64,000 bases of DNA from contig CAXXVS010000001.1 in NCBI GenBank assembly GCA_963674755.2, positions 1,024,001-1,088,000 on the forward strand, read 5' to 3'. A program made the position numbers and the translations under genes. Under the pieces are notes generated by a model. It was not told where the DNA came from. It did no database searches and saw nothing but the letters and a program-made list of their open reading frames with translations. This document shows positions 1 to 9,929 of the stretch, in pieces (position 1 is the first letter of the stretch; each line of letters starts with the position of its first letter). The DNA is from Desulfobacterales bacterium. GTDB taxonomy: Bacteria > Desulfobacterota > Desulfobacteria > Desulfobacterales > UBA5852.

Positions 1-33
1 GCAAACCGCCGCCGGCCAGACAGGAACGCCATC

Positions 34-705
34 ATGAAAGCCAAGGAAACCGTGCTGCAAGAGACAGGGCTGCAGTTTTTCGGGCAGCTTTCCGCTGCCG
101 TTTCCCACGATCTGAAAAACGTGTTGTCCATTATCAATGAGAAAGCAGGTCTCCTGGAGGATTTCTGCTATATGGCCCGGCAGGGTAGAGCCCTCGACAT
201 GGAGCGTATCGACGCCGTAACCGCCCAGGTAAAGGACCAGGTGGCGCGGGCCGATCAGATCATCCGCTGTTTCAACCGCTTTGCCCACAGTACCGACCAC
301 CCGGTCGCCGCGGTGGATCTGGGCGAGACGGTGACGACCCTGGTGCGATTGGCCCAGCGTCTGCTGGCCGGCATGGAAGCCACGCTGGAACTGCAGCCCA
401 TCGATCCGCCGGTGGTGATCACAACCCGTCCCTTGATGGTGCAGGAACTGATCTGGGCGGCCATCCAATGGACCGCCGCCCAACGGGATGGGAAAAAAGC
501 CATATCGCTTGCCGTGGAGCGAAGCGGCGATGGGGCCCGTGTTCTGATCGGACGGTTGGACCCGTTGCCCGGAGAAGGCCTGGAGGCCGTGTTTCGCAGC
601 GCGACGGATGCGGTGCGGGAGGCCCTGGGAGCCGAAATTCATCTGGACCCCGCATCCGGCATGCTGCGAATTGACTTGGCCGCCCTCGCGCCGCCTGCCG
701 GATAG
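34..705 (+). CDS. HisKA-domain protein with degenerate ATPase domain (pseudo-kinase/phosphotransferase)
   Basis: H-box SHDLKNVL present; no recognisable N/G1/G2 boxes; lies upstream of a receiver gene. Confidence 0.7.
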   Translation: MKAKETVLQETGLQFFGQLSAAVSHDLKNVLSIINEKAGLLEDFCYMARQGRALDMERIDAVTAQVKDQVARADQIIRCFNRFAHSTDHPVAAVDLGETVTTLVRLAQRLLAGMEATLELQPIDPPVVITTRPLMVQELIWAAIQWTAAQRDGKKAISLAVERSGDGARVLIGRLDPLPGEGLEAVFRSATDAVREALGAEIHLDPASGMLRIDLAALAPPAG

Positions 706-796
706 GGCCATACGATCATGGTGGCAACCTGGAGCGGGCTCGTTTGAAGCCGTCCGGGGAAGTTTGAATGATCTATTTATCTTAAGGAGAAGAGTC

Positions 797-1225
797 ATGG
801 ACGAAAAAGTGCTCCTGGTCGACGATGAAGGGGAATTTCTCGACACCCTTGCCGAACGCATGCGCAACCGGGGAATGAGCGTTACCACCAGCATGTCGGC
901 GGTCGAAGCCATTCATAAGACCGAAGCCAGTGATTTCGACGTCATCATCCTTGATTTGCTGATGCCCGGCATGGACGGCATTCAGGCCCTCAAAGCGCTT
1001 AAGGAAAAAAGGCCTGACTTGCAGGTCATCCTGCTGACCGGTCATGCGACCGTTCAGAAAGGTATCGAGGCCATGAAGCTCGGTGCGATGGACCTGCTTG
1101 AAAAACCAGCCGATATCAACGAACTGACCGAAAAGATCAAGAAGGCCAAAGCCCAGAAAATGATCCTGGTGGAGAAAAAGGCCGAGAAGAAGATCCGGGA
1201 CATCCTCAAAAGCAAATCTTGGTAG
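797..1225 (+). CDS. Single-domain response regulator (receiver)
   Basis: KVLLVDDE, IILDLLMPGMDG, LLTGH, EKP motifs; SD AAGGAG before ATG 797. Confidence 0.92.
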   Translation: MDEKVLLVDDEGEFLDTLAERMRNRGMSVTTSMSAVEAIHKTEASDFDVIILDLLMPGMDGIQALKALKEKRPDLQVILLTGHATVQKGIEAMKLGAMDLLEKPADINELTEKIKKAKAQKMILVEKKAEKKIRDILKSKSW

Positions 1226-1617
1226 CCCCTGCCACCTAACGTTTTTCTACGATGTGATGGCGGGATGCCGTTTACATCCGATGAGCATGATCGCTGAGGG
1301 GCGGATGGACGCCCCTCACTTGCGGCCGGCCGACGGGTGATTATCCTTTCCGTTGAGCCGGAGCGGGCCGATCCGGTGAGGCAGTCCGCGAAACAATGCT
1401 GTTTGTAAAAACGGTGAGGCCATGCGGTCCTCAAAGCGGCGGGCGGAAAAGGCGTGAAAGCTAAGGGATATCCGGAACAGGCCGTGTTTCGCAATGCCAT
1501 CCGACCGACTGAATGGGGGCCGGATGTCGGCGTATTTGCGAAGAGGACCGCTGAACACGATCGCCGGCGGTAATCGGACATGTGATTTTTTTTAACCCAA
1601 AACCACGGAGGTTTGAC

Positions 1618-2007
1618 ATGCAACGTTTGCACACGACCCAATGTGCGATCCTGACCGTACTGGCCGTATTCGGACTTGTCCTGGTGGTGGGCTGCAGCAG
1701 CAGCGGCAGCAGCAAGGATCTCACCAAAGACATCAGCGGCACCTGGCAGCGGGCCAAAGGGGATGGGACGGTGGACATCCATCTCGCGCAGGAGCCCTTG
1801 ACGGTGACCATGGACGGCAAAACCTTTCCTGCGACCATCACCAAGGTCGACGATGGTTCCTACAGCCTGCACATCAAGGTGGAAAACGACGGGAAACCGG
1901 ATGAATGGATTCTGCGCCAGGTTTGGAATGACAATGGCAGCAACTATACGGTGGCCTTCATCCACGACGGCACCAACGAGAAACTCGTATCGAAGCAACA
2001 CTCTTAG
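1618..2007 (+). CDS. Lipoprotein of unknown function
   Basis: SD GGAGG; hydrophobic signal with lipobox VVGC; Ser linker; beta-rich mature part. Confidence 0.75.
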   Translation: MQRLHTTQCAILTVLAVFGLVLVVGCSSSGSSKDLTKDISGTWQRAKGDGTVDIHLAQEPLTVTMDGKTFPATITKVDDGSYSLHIKVENDGKPDEWILRQVWNDNGSNYTVAFIHDGTNEKLVSKQHS

Positions 2008-2058
2008 CAACGACGGATCCGCGCTTTGTTCTCCGATATGATATAAGGACAATTCGTT

Positions 2059-2889
2059 TTGGAAAATTTGCTACACGTTTTTCGCAATACCCCCCTGGGC
2101 CGGGAAACCCTCATGCAGTCCCTCTATTTTTGCAGGACACTGGACATCGGCCTCGATATCTATATCCCGGACGCAATGAGTTTCATGATGTATTTCGACG
2201 ATGAAGCGGTCCAGGTCGACCTGGACCGCTCCTATCTCAACGAACCGGATACCGCGGTCGAGCACGCCCGCGCACTTGCGGGGGATGCCGGCGTGACCCC
2301 GCGTTTTATCAACCCCAAGTACCGCACCGCCCGCGATCTGCCGGACATCCCGACTTACTTCCAGTTTATGTGCTGCCCGCGCAGCATCAGCGATTTGTCG
2401 TCGAAGATCGGACTCGGCTATATCGGGCCCAAGGTGCGGCGTATCATGCACTCGGCCCCCTTCCCGGTGTTGATGACCGCGGAGGTCTTCAAAGCCTGGA
2501 AGAGCATCATGGTGTTGTTCGGAGGGTCGGAAAGTGCTTGCCATGCGCTTGAATTCGGGGTGCAGATCGCCGAGCGTACCGGACTGCCCTTGGATCTCTT
2601 CACCCAAATGGAACGGGAAGAATTTTACTACTACGAGCAGATCCATGATGCCGGTTTGGAGAAAGCCCTCAGTGAGCGGGTGCGCCATTGGCATCGGTTC
2701 GAAACGGGCACTTTCGCCGAAAATCTTTACCATGTGCCCCACGATGCGATGGTTTTAGCGGGTGCCTATGGCCATGGGATGGTCAGACAGATGCTTTTCG
2801 GAAGCAAGCTGGAAACCGTCCAAACGACACTGATCAATACGATGCTGGTGAGCGGACCCCGGTCCACGGCCAGTTTGACGCTCCATTAG
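2059..2889 (+). CDS. Universal stress protein (USP) family
   Basis: IGPKVRRIMHSAPFPVL and LAGAYGHG...LFGSKLE tandem USP motifs; TTG start after AAGGA. Confidence 0.8.
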   Translation: MENLLHVFRNTPLGRETLMQSLYFCRTLDIGLDIYIPDAMSFMMYFDDEAVQVDLDRSYLNEPDTAVEHARALAGDAGVTPRFINPKYRTARDLPDIPTYFQFMCCPRSISDLSSKIGLGYIGPKVRRIMHSAPFPVLMTAEVFKAWKSIMVLFGGSESACHALEFGVQIAERTGLPLDLFTQMEREEFYYYEQIHDAGLEKALSERVRHWHRFETGTFAENLYHVPHDAMVLAGAYGHGMVRQMLFGSKLETVQTTLINTMLVSGPRSTASLTLH

Positions 2890-3097
2890 GGCGCCGGGCC
2901 TCAATCCGAACCGCTGTGAGGGCCGACCGGCCACAGCGCATCCACGAAGGGGGGATCCCAAAAGGCGGGATCAAGATGGGTGCCGATGGATTTCGCCCGG
3001 GCGATCAGGATGAGGGGGCCCCGGTTCTATCCGCAAGCCGGCGGCTTTTCACCCTGCCGTTGCCCTGTCGATCTAACCTTGTTGGAGGATTCCGGCC

Positions 3098-3814
3098 ATG
3101 CCACCGTCTTTAAAGCACTTCGCGCTGCTGGTTTTGCTGATCGTTCTGGGGACGGCGAACGGCATGGCCGGCGAGACCCCGGAAGGTGACCGCATCGCGC
3201 TCGTTACCGATTTCACCTATCACCGCGGGGCGACGGATTCGATTGCCGAAGCCAAGGCCCTGGCGCTGTTCGGGGCGAAATTGAAAGCGGTCCGGCTGGC
3301 TGCCAAATATCTGACCCACAAGGGTCTGCTGGAGCATTACGAGAAAAAAGAAAACGAGATATTCTGTCTGGCGGCCGGCACCATCCCGGTAGACGTGCTT
3401 GATGAACGGGTCGATAAGCAACGCGGCACCTGCTACGTGAAGATTCGTTCGCAAATCAGCAATGTGGATTTCATTCGGGCCCACATCGAAGATTTGGAAG
3501 CGGAGAAACGGGAGGCACATTTCTCCTACAGCCGGGAAATGGAGCAACCGCTCATGCCGGGCATCGAACCCGGACGGGAACTGTCCCGGGCCTACCGCTA
3601 TATCCGGAAGCAGCAATGGCGCATCGCCATTATTTATCTGGATCACCTGCAAAAGAAATACCCCGCCTGGGGCGATCTCTATCTGGCCAAGGCCATTGCT
3701 TTCTACGGGATCAATGATCGCGAAGAAATGATGACCGCGCTGCAAAGGGCCTGCCGTTTGGATAACCAGGAAGCCTGCCAAGAGTTGCAGAGTTTCCCGT
3801 CGGATTTATCCTGA
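3098..3814 (+). CDS. Exported hypothetical protein with C-terminal TPR-like helices
   Basis: Signal peptide; C-terminal WGDLYLAKAIAFYG...ALQRACRLDNQEAC; SD GGAGG. Confidence 0.6.
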   Translation: MPPSLKHFALLVLLIVLGTANGMAGETPEGDRIALVTDFTYHRGATDSIAEAKALALFGAKLKAVRLAAKYLTHKGLLEHYEKKENEIFCLAAGTIPVDVLDERVDKQRGTCYVKIRSQISNVDFIRAHIEDLEAEKREAHFSYSREMEQPLMPGIEPGRELSRAYRYIRKQQWRIAIIYLDHLQKKYPAWGDLYLAKAIAFYGINDREEMMTALQRACRLDNQEACQELQSFPSDLS

Positions 3815-3911
3815 CATTTGCCAGCCGGGGCGGTTTTCACCCGGCCGGCCCATTGCCAGGCCGGGGGCTTGGCCAGGCAAACCGCAAACCGTTTCCCGGG
3901 GGTGAGGCCAT

Positions 3912-4571
3912 ATGACGCTCAGAAGCGTGCCGACCAGGGGGCGTACCCTGGACCACGCCGCCTTGGTGTATGACTTCTGCGAACCCATCCTGCTGCTGGG
4001 CCAACAGGCCGAATACGACCGCCATCTGTTGGCACTCCTGGATCTCAAGGGCTCGGACCGCGTATTGGATTTGGGCTGTGGTACCGGCGTGCTCACCCGC
4101 ATGATCGGCGACCGGCTGGACGGTACGGCAGGCGGCGAGAGTGTGGGCATCGACGCGGCCGCCAAAATGATCGGCGTGGCGCGCAAGAAGCGGGCTACCC
4201 CCACCTGCCGTTTCGAGGTGATGGCGGCCGAAGCCCTGGGATTCGACGATGGTATCTTCGATGGGGTGGTGTCGAGCCTGTTCTTCCACCATGTTCCCCT
4301 GGATCTCAAGCAAAAGGCCCTGGCCGAAGCCTTCCGGGTGCTCAAACCCGGCGGGCGCCTGGTGATCGCGGACATGCACATCCCCACCACCTGGATGGGT
4401 GCGCTGGTTTCCCACGTATCCCGCTGGTTTTTCATGCAGCCCCAGATCGGCGAGAATATCCGCGGGGTGCTGCCCGGTGTCATCAACGCCGCCGGTTTCA
4501 GATCCCCGGATATCGTGGCAACCTATTTCGGCTATATCGCCGTGTTCAACACCCGTAAACCGGAAGCCTGA
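3912..4571 (+). CDS. Class I SAM-dependent methyltransferase (UbiE-like)
   Basis: VLDLGCGTG, FDGVVSSLFFHH, RVLKPGG motifs. Confidence 0.9.
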   Translation: MTLRSVPTRGRTLDHAALVYDFCEPILLLGQQAEYDRHLLALLDLKGSDRVLDLGCGTGVLTRMIGDRLDGTAGGESVGIDAAAKMIGVARKKRATPTCRFEVMAAEALGFDDGIFDGVVSSLFFHHVPLDLKQKALAEAFRVLKPGGRLVIADMHIPTTWMGALVSHVSRWFFMQPQIGENIRGVLPGVINAAGFRSPDIVATYFGYIAVFNTRKPEA

Positions 4572-4573
4572 GC

Positions 4574-5601
4574 ATGCCCTGCGACGACGATCTTTCGGCC
4601 GGGCTGGACCCGATGGCGCAGATGCCGGCCTTCGCCAATTTGCTGGCGGAGCTGCAGGCGGGGCTGCGGCGCTATTGGGAAACGGCCGATCAAATCCTGC
4701 GGCCCTGCGGCGTCACCCTCCACCCATACACCGCAACGGCATTTTCCCTTGCGAAGAATTTTTTTCCATGCTTTTTCTCTACTCCTACCAGCGGGCGGGC
4801 ATCCCGCAGGATCGCCGCCTCGTCTATGCGGCGATTCTGCAATGTCTACGGGGGATGGTGACCGGCTGCGACAACCTGCTGGACGACGAATACAAACCCA
4901 CCCTGGAAACAGATCTTCCCGCCCGCGGACACCGTTTCCGGTCCGTGGTGGATATCATGGTGTCCGACCGGGTGCTCTTCCAGATCCTCCTGCAAGCCGC
5001 CCGCCGGGGCGAGATTGCCCTGGAACAGGTTCCCCTGGCAGCGGCGGCCTCCATGCAGACCATGACCCGCAGTGGTATCGAGGAGGCGGGCGAAGAGGGC
5101 GGCGTGACCGACATTCTTGCGCCGGATGCGATCCTGCGCACGGTCCACCACTTTAAAACCGGCCTCCTGTTTCAATGCCCCTGGGACATCCCCCGCACCA
5201 TCGAAACCACTGACGACGGGCACCTGTCACCCTTGCTGGAGGGGCTCTACCTGATCGGGATGGGCTGTCAGATCATGGACGACATGGTGGACATGGCCAT
5301 CGATGTGCGCGTCCGGAAGCACAACTATCTGGTTTCCCTGATTCACCATGGGGAAAGTGCGGATGAAAGCGCGCAGTTGGCGGATGCCATGGCTTCGGAG
5401 GCCGACGCGCTTGCGGGCGCCTTGCACATGGGCCGCTTCCCGACGGCGGCCCGACAGGCGCGGCAAACCGCCCACTGGTTGCTGACCCGGGGCTTCGATC
5501 TGCTCTTCGCCCGGGAGCACCAGGCGCTCACCCCCCATGCGATCCACTTTCTGGAACAGCGCATCGGCGTGGAACACAGCGGATGTGGAACACCCCCATG
5601 A
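4574..5601 (+). pseudogene. Class I isoprenoid synthase / trans-prenyltransferase-fold protein, frameshifted at T7 tract 4759-4765
   Basis: ATG 4574 frame reads ...LAKNFF; a different frame continues FFSMLFLYSY with GCDNLLDDE, HFKTG and CQIMDDMVD motifs; one extra T would join them. Confidence 0.7.
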
Positions 5602-6773
5602 CATCCGGCGGCGTTGGTTTCTGGGTACGGATCGCGCTGCTTTTCCTCCTGCGTTCCGGCCGTTCCACGGCCGCCCTGTCCGTCATGGTGGTCACGGCCG
5701 TGGCCGCCCTGATTTTCCTGGCGGCGCTGTCGGTGGGGGTCAAAGACGCCATGCTGCGCAACACGGTGGGGCTGTTTGCAGGGCATATCACGGTTTCCAA
5801 CCTGCCGGGAAACATAAGCCCGGCCAATCTGCGCATCGCGGGCGTCAAGGCTGTTTTGCAGCGCCGCTATCGGCCGGGCGTTCTATCCGGAGACGGGCTG
5901 GCCCTGCCGCTGACCCTGTGCGGGATCGATCCGGCCCGGGAATCCGCCGTGACGGCCCTCGAAAAGAAAATCACGGCGGGGCGCTATCCGCAGAACGGCC
6001 GGGCGGAGATTCTCATCAGCCGCGAGCTGGCGCGGTCGTTCGGGGTGCATATCGGTGATGACCTCCGCTTCCAGGACCGGCCGGGCGGTGCCGGGTCGTC
6101 CTTCAGGGTGGCCGGCATCTACCAGAGCGGTCTGGAAGCCCTGGACCGCGGTCTGGCATTTTGCCCCCTGGACCGCCTGCCGGATAAGGATACCGCCTGG
6201 ACGGCGGCCGTGTTTCTGAAAGACGGGGTCGTGCCGGCCGCCATCCTGAAAGCCTATCGACAGCAGCTGCCGGCAACCGTCCGCTTGACGTCCTGGGAAG
6301 ACCAGATGCCGGATCTGCGCCAGCTTATCGACCTGGAGGCGATTTCCATGGCGGTGGTCATCGTGCTGGTTTTCGGGGTCGTTGCCATCGGCCTGGCCTG
6401 CTCGTTTGTGATCTTCATCATCCGCAACATGCGCGAGTACGGTATCCTGAAGGCGATGGGGGTGACCACCGCCGAGATGACCCGGCTCATCGCCACCAAG
6501 GTGATGTTGATGAATCTGGCGGCCTGCGGGGCGGGGCTGCTGATCGGCGTGGCGGCTGTCCTGGCGGTGGCCCGGCTGGGGGGCATCGATATCAGTGCCT
6601 TTACGTCCCACAACCGCTATTTCGCCGTATCGGGTGTCATTTATCCGCGCTTGACCGCCTTCTCCCTGTGGGCGCCTCCGGCGGTTTCCCTGGTGTTCAG
6701 CCTGGCGGCGGCAGTCTGGCCGGCCCTGCTGGTGGCCCGCAAGCGGGCCGCCGATATTTTGAGGATGATCTAA
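5598..6773 (+). CDS. ABC transporter permease, FtsX/LolE/MacB family
   Basis: N-terminal TM, periplasmic domain, REYGILKAMG motif, C-terminal TMs; ATGA overlap with upstream stop. Confidence 0.88.
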   Translation: MTSGGVGFWVRIALLFLLRSGRSTAALSVMVVTAVAALIFLAALSVGVKDAMLRNTVGLFAGHITVSNLPGNISPANLRIAGVKAVLQRRYRPGVLSGDGLALPLTLCGIDPARESAVTALEKKITAGRYPQNGRAEILISRELARSFGVHIGDDLRFQDRPGGAGSSFRVAGIYQSGLEALDRGLAFCPLDRLPDKDTAWTAAVFLKDGVVPAAILKAYRQQLPATVRLTSWEDQMPDLRQLIDLEAISMAVVIVLVFGVVAIGLACSFVIFIIRNMREYGILKAMGVTTAEMTRLIATKVMLMNLAACGAGLLIGVAAVLAVARLGGIDISAFTSHNRYFAVSGVIYPRLTAFSLWAPPAVSLVFSLAAAVWPALLVARKRAADILRMI

Positions 6774-6777
6774 GCCC

Positions 6778-7452
6778 GTGATCGCACTGACCGACATTTC
6801 CAAATCCTTCCGCTCGGGACGCGGCCGGATCGACGCCCTGACAGACGTTTCCATGGATGTCCCGGCCGGGGACTTTGCCGCGATCATGGGAAAATCGGGG
6901 TCCGGCAAGTCCACCCTGCTTAATTGTATCGGCGGGTTGGAGAAGCCCGATCGGGGGGCGATCCGCTGCTTCGAAACCGTCGTCAACCGGCTGGCGGCCC
7001 GCCCGTTGAGTTTGTTTCAGCGCCGCCACCTGGGCTTTGTCTTCCAGCGGGGCAATCTGCTCGCCTACCTCACCGTGGCCGAGAATATCGGTTTGCCGCT
7101 GACCCTGAACAAGGTGACCGGCGCGGAGCGCACCTGCCGAATCGAAGCCCTGCTCGAGGGCATCGGCCTTTCCGAGGCCGCCCGGGCCCTGCCCCATGAG
7201 TTGTCCGGCGGCGAAACCCAGCGGGTGAGCGTGGCCCGGGCCCTTGCCCACCGGCCGCGTCTGCTGCTGGCGGACGAACCCACCGCCAATCTGGATACGG
7301 ACAGCGGCCGACAGGTGGTGGCCCTCATGCGCCGTTTGAGTACGGAATCCGGCAGCACCATCATCATGGCGACCCACGACCGTGATATCCTCAATGACGT
7401 AGACCGGATCATCCATTTGAAAGACGGTACCTTGGCAAAGGAGGCCTCATGA
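6778..7452 (+). CDS. ABC transporter ATP-binding protein (LolD-like)
   Basis: GKSGSGKST, LSGGE, LLADEPTANLD, ATHD. Confidence 0.93.
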   Translation: MIALTDISKSFRSGRGRIDALTDVSMDVPAGDFAAIMGKSGSGKSTLLNCIGGLEKPDRGAIRCFETVVNRLAARPLSLFQRRHLGFVFQRGNLLAYLTVAENIGLPLTLNKVTGAERTCRIEALLEGIGLSEAARALPHELSGGETQRVSVARALAHRPRLLLADEPTANLDTDSGRQVVALMRRLSTESGSTIIMATHDRDILNDVDRIIHLKDGTLAKEAS

Positions 7453-7694
7453 GGACAGTCAAGCACCTTTTGATCGGCGCCGCCATCACGCTCGTTTTGG
7501 GGAGCTGCGCCTACCGCTATTACCTGGGGATGCACGGCCCGTCCATCCGTCTTTCCCCCGATGTGCATGCCGGGGTGACGGAGGATGCCCAATGCTTGGC
7601 CTGCCACGACCCGGACGGTGATCCCGAGGGGCCGCCCACCTCGCATCCCCAGTTTGTGGGCTGTCTCAAATGTCACGACGATAGCCTGGACTAG
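7449..7694 (+). CDS. Small diheme c-type cytochrome lipoprotein
   Basis: Lipobox LGSC; CLACH and CLKCH; ATGA overlap with ABC gene. Confidence 0.8.
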   Translation: MRTVKHLLIGAAITLVLGSCAYRYYLGMHGPSIRLSPDVHAGVTEDAQCLACHDPDGDPEGPPTSHPQFVGCLKCHDDSLD

Positions 7695-7984
7695 CGTGAT
7701 GGGCGCTTTACCGAAAGAAATCGTGCAAATGGCGTAATCGTGCTTATTTTATATTATAATAGCTGGTAGCGTTCGACCGTCATACCGCCTGCCGATGCTC
7801 CACTAAAAGGGATCGGCTGGTTTTTGGTGCTGACAGCGAACGATGGCGACTGCCCCCTTTCCTACCAAATTCCGTCCCTGATCAAGACGAATCATTCGCC
7901 CTATCCGTCGTTGCGGTTGTTTTGGCCAACGCCGCGCATGGTCACACGGCATGACGGTAAATTACAACCCAAGCTGGAGGTGTC

Positions 7985-8878
7985 ATGGAACAGGCGACGA
8001 AAATTGAGTTCAACGTTGATGAAAAGTACGAAAACGAGAAGGGCGTCTTCAAGGTTGTTTCCATCCATAAGGATCAGATGGTGATACGATGGGAAAACGG
8101 TGAAGAAACCAAAACGGATATCGCGTTGCAGTCCCGTATTGCGGAGCGCCGGCAATGGGAAGAAATTAAACGCCTGGCGGACATCAACGCCGCCCACGAA
8201 GCGCAACGCAAGTCGACAGCGAAGACCACCAAAGCGGTGTTTGCCGGTTTGGCGCCGACGGATTTCAAAGCCAGCTGCTCCCGGACCACGTGGCGTTCCC
8301 GCAACCAACTGGGGCGTACGGTAACCACCAAAATCAAAAGCAACCAGTCCGAATTCAATTCCTGGGCTTTCGGCCGTCTACCGGAAATGCACGTGCAGGA
8401 CGTCCGTCATCATGATACGGCGGCCACAACTGGTCAGCCCCGTTTTTTCGTCCGTCTTGATGATCAGTTTCTTTACTACGGGCTTTGGGTGGCACGTCCC
8501 GATGGCGTGGGTGGCAAACCGACCGGCTGGTCTATGCTCCGCGAATGGTTGACCCGGCAGGAAAACGAGCAGGCGGTCCATACCCTCGCCGTCAAGAATC
8601 ATCTGACCCTATGCCATCGTGCGCACCCGGCGGCCTGTATCAAGGCTGTCCCCGAGGATGGCGGCTGGCATATCGAAGGCCGAGACCCGTCTCTGTCCGA
8701 AGCGTCGCTATCCGCCTGTTTTGATCATCTACCGCCATCAGACCCGTGCGAAACCGAACTTTTTGCGGTCCTTGCCAAGGACGATGCGGTGGCGCGCGGC
8801 CGTGACATCGGCGTCCCCATCGCCCAATTGTTCACGGACCTGTTGCCGCTCTACCAGGCCGCGACAAGCCATCTATAA
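7985..8878 (+). CDS. Hypothetical protein
   Basis: 297-aa ORF with SD GGAGG; small beta-rich N-terminal domain, charged linker, globular C-terminal domain. Confidence 0.65.
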   Translation: MEQATKIEFNVDEKYENEKGVFKVVSIHKDQMVIRWENGEETKTDIALQSRIAERRQWEEIKRLADINAAHEAQRKSTAKTTKAVFAGLAPTDFKASCSRTTWRSRNQLGRTVTTKIKSNQSEFNSWAFGRLPEMHVQDVRHHDTAATTGQPRFFVRLDDQFLYYGLWVARPDGVGGKPTGWSMLREWLTRQENEQAVHTLAVKNHLTLCHRAHPAACIKAVPEDGGWHIEGRDPSLSEASLSACFDHLPPSDPCETELFAVLAKDDAVARGRDIGVPIAQLFTDLLPLYQAATSHL

Positions 8879-8944
8879 AGGCCTCCCGTGTGACGCTGAA
8901 GCAGAAGGGGCTGTGCCGGCTGCGATACACACCTGTCGTATGCC

Positions 8945-9775
8945 ATGCCGCGAAGAAAGCAGAAAATGACCAAGACCCTTGAAACCCAAAACATGGCCGT
9001 ATTTTGTGATTTTGAAAATGTGGCGCTCGGTGTGCGGGATGCCCGCTGTGCCGAGTTCGATATCCACAAAGTGCTGGAAAAACTTCTTCTGAAGGGCAGC
9101 ATCGTCGTCAAAAAGGCCTATTGCGACTGGGAACGTTACAAAATATTCAAAGCCGCCATGCACGAGGCCGCCTTTGAACTGATCGAGATCCCGCATGTCC
9201 GCCAGTCCGGAAAGAATTCGGCCGACATCCGCATGGTCGTCGACGCCCTGGATCTTTGCTATACCAAATCGCATGTCGATACATTTGTGATCATATCCGG
9301 AGATTCGGATTTCTCCCCATTGGTGAGCAAGCTGCGCGAGAACGACAAAAAAGTGATCGGTGTCGGGGTGAAGCAATCCAGCTCAGATCTTTTGATCGCC
9401 AATTGTGACGAATTCATCTATTATGACAACCTCGTGACCCGTGAAAAAAAGTCCTTGAAAGCGACTCGCAAAGCGCCTGTGAAAGGGACCAAGGGCTCCA
9501 AGAAAGACAAGGAAACGGAAGAACGCACGAGTGAAGCTCTTGATCTTGTCATGGAGACGCTGGAGGCGCTGGCGGAAGAGAGGGGCGCGGAAGATAAAAT
9601 TTGGGGATCGATGGTTAAGCAGACCCTCAAACGCCGCCGCCCCGGATTTAACGAGTCCTATTACGGGTTCCGCTCTTTCAAGCGTCTTCTTGAAGAGGCT
9701 GCGGCGCGCGGCATGATTGAACTTGAACCCGACGAGAAATCCGGCGGCTATATCATTAGCTCCAGCCGAATTTAA
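8945..9775 (+). CDS. NYN-domain (LabA/DUF88, PIN fold) protein with C-terminal OST-HTH
   Basis: DFEN, GKNSADIRMVVDA, SGDSDF, CDEFIYYD; C-terminal FNESYYGFRSF; start may be 8966. Confidence 0.9.
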   Translation: MPRRKQKMTKTLETQNMAVFCDFENVALGVRDARCAEFDIHKVLEKLLLKGSIVVKKAYCDWERYKIFKAAMHEAAFELIEIPHVRQSGKNSADIRMVVDALDLCYTKSHVDTFVIISGDSDFSPLVSKLRENDKKVIGVGVKQSSSDLLIANCDEFIYYDNLVTREKKSLKATRKAPVKGTKGSKKDKETEERTSEALDLVMETLEALAEERGAEDKIWGSMVKQTLKRRRPGFNESYYGFRSFKRLLEEAAARGMIELEPDEKSGGYIISSSRI

Positions 9776-9784
9776 CCTCTAAGG

Positions 9785-9862
9785 GTCAATTCCCCGCCGC
9801 TGGCGGCGAATTAAGACAATATTCTTTAGAGATACCCCGTCCGCTTGCGGTGGGGTAGTTCA
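9785..9862. repeat. Short element with two hairpin ends (IS200/IS605-end-like or REP-like)
   Basis: GTCAATTCCCCGCCGC versus reverse-complemented right end TGAACTACCCCACCGC; each end forms a GC hairpin. Confidence 0.5.
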
Positions 9863-9929
9863 TTTTGTCTCCGGTAATTTTTTTTGAACAGGATCGAGCC
9901 GTTAACCCATCATCTGCGGACGTTCTATT

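Noticed and set aside
4399..4573. 5' part of the 400-aa ORF 4399-5601
   Set aside because: It overlaps the methyltransferase; the real N-terminus is better explained by ATG 4574 plus a frameshift.
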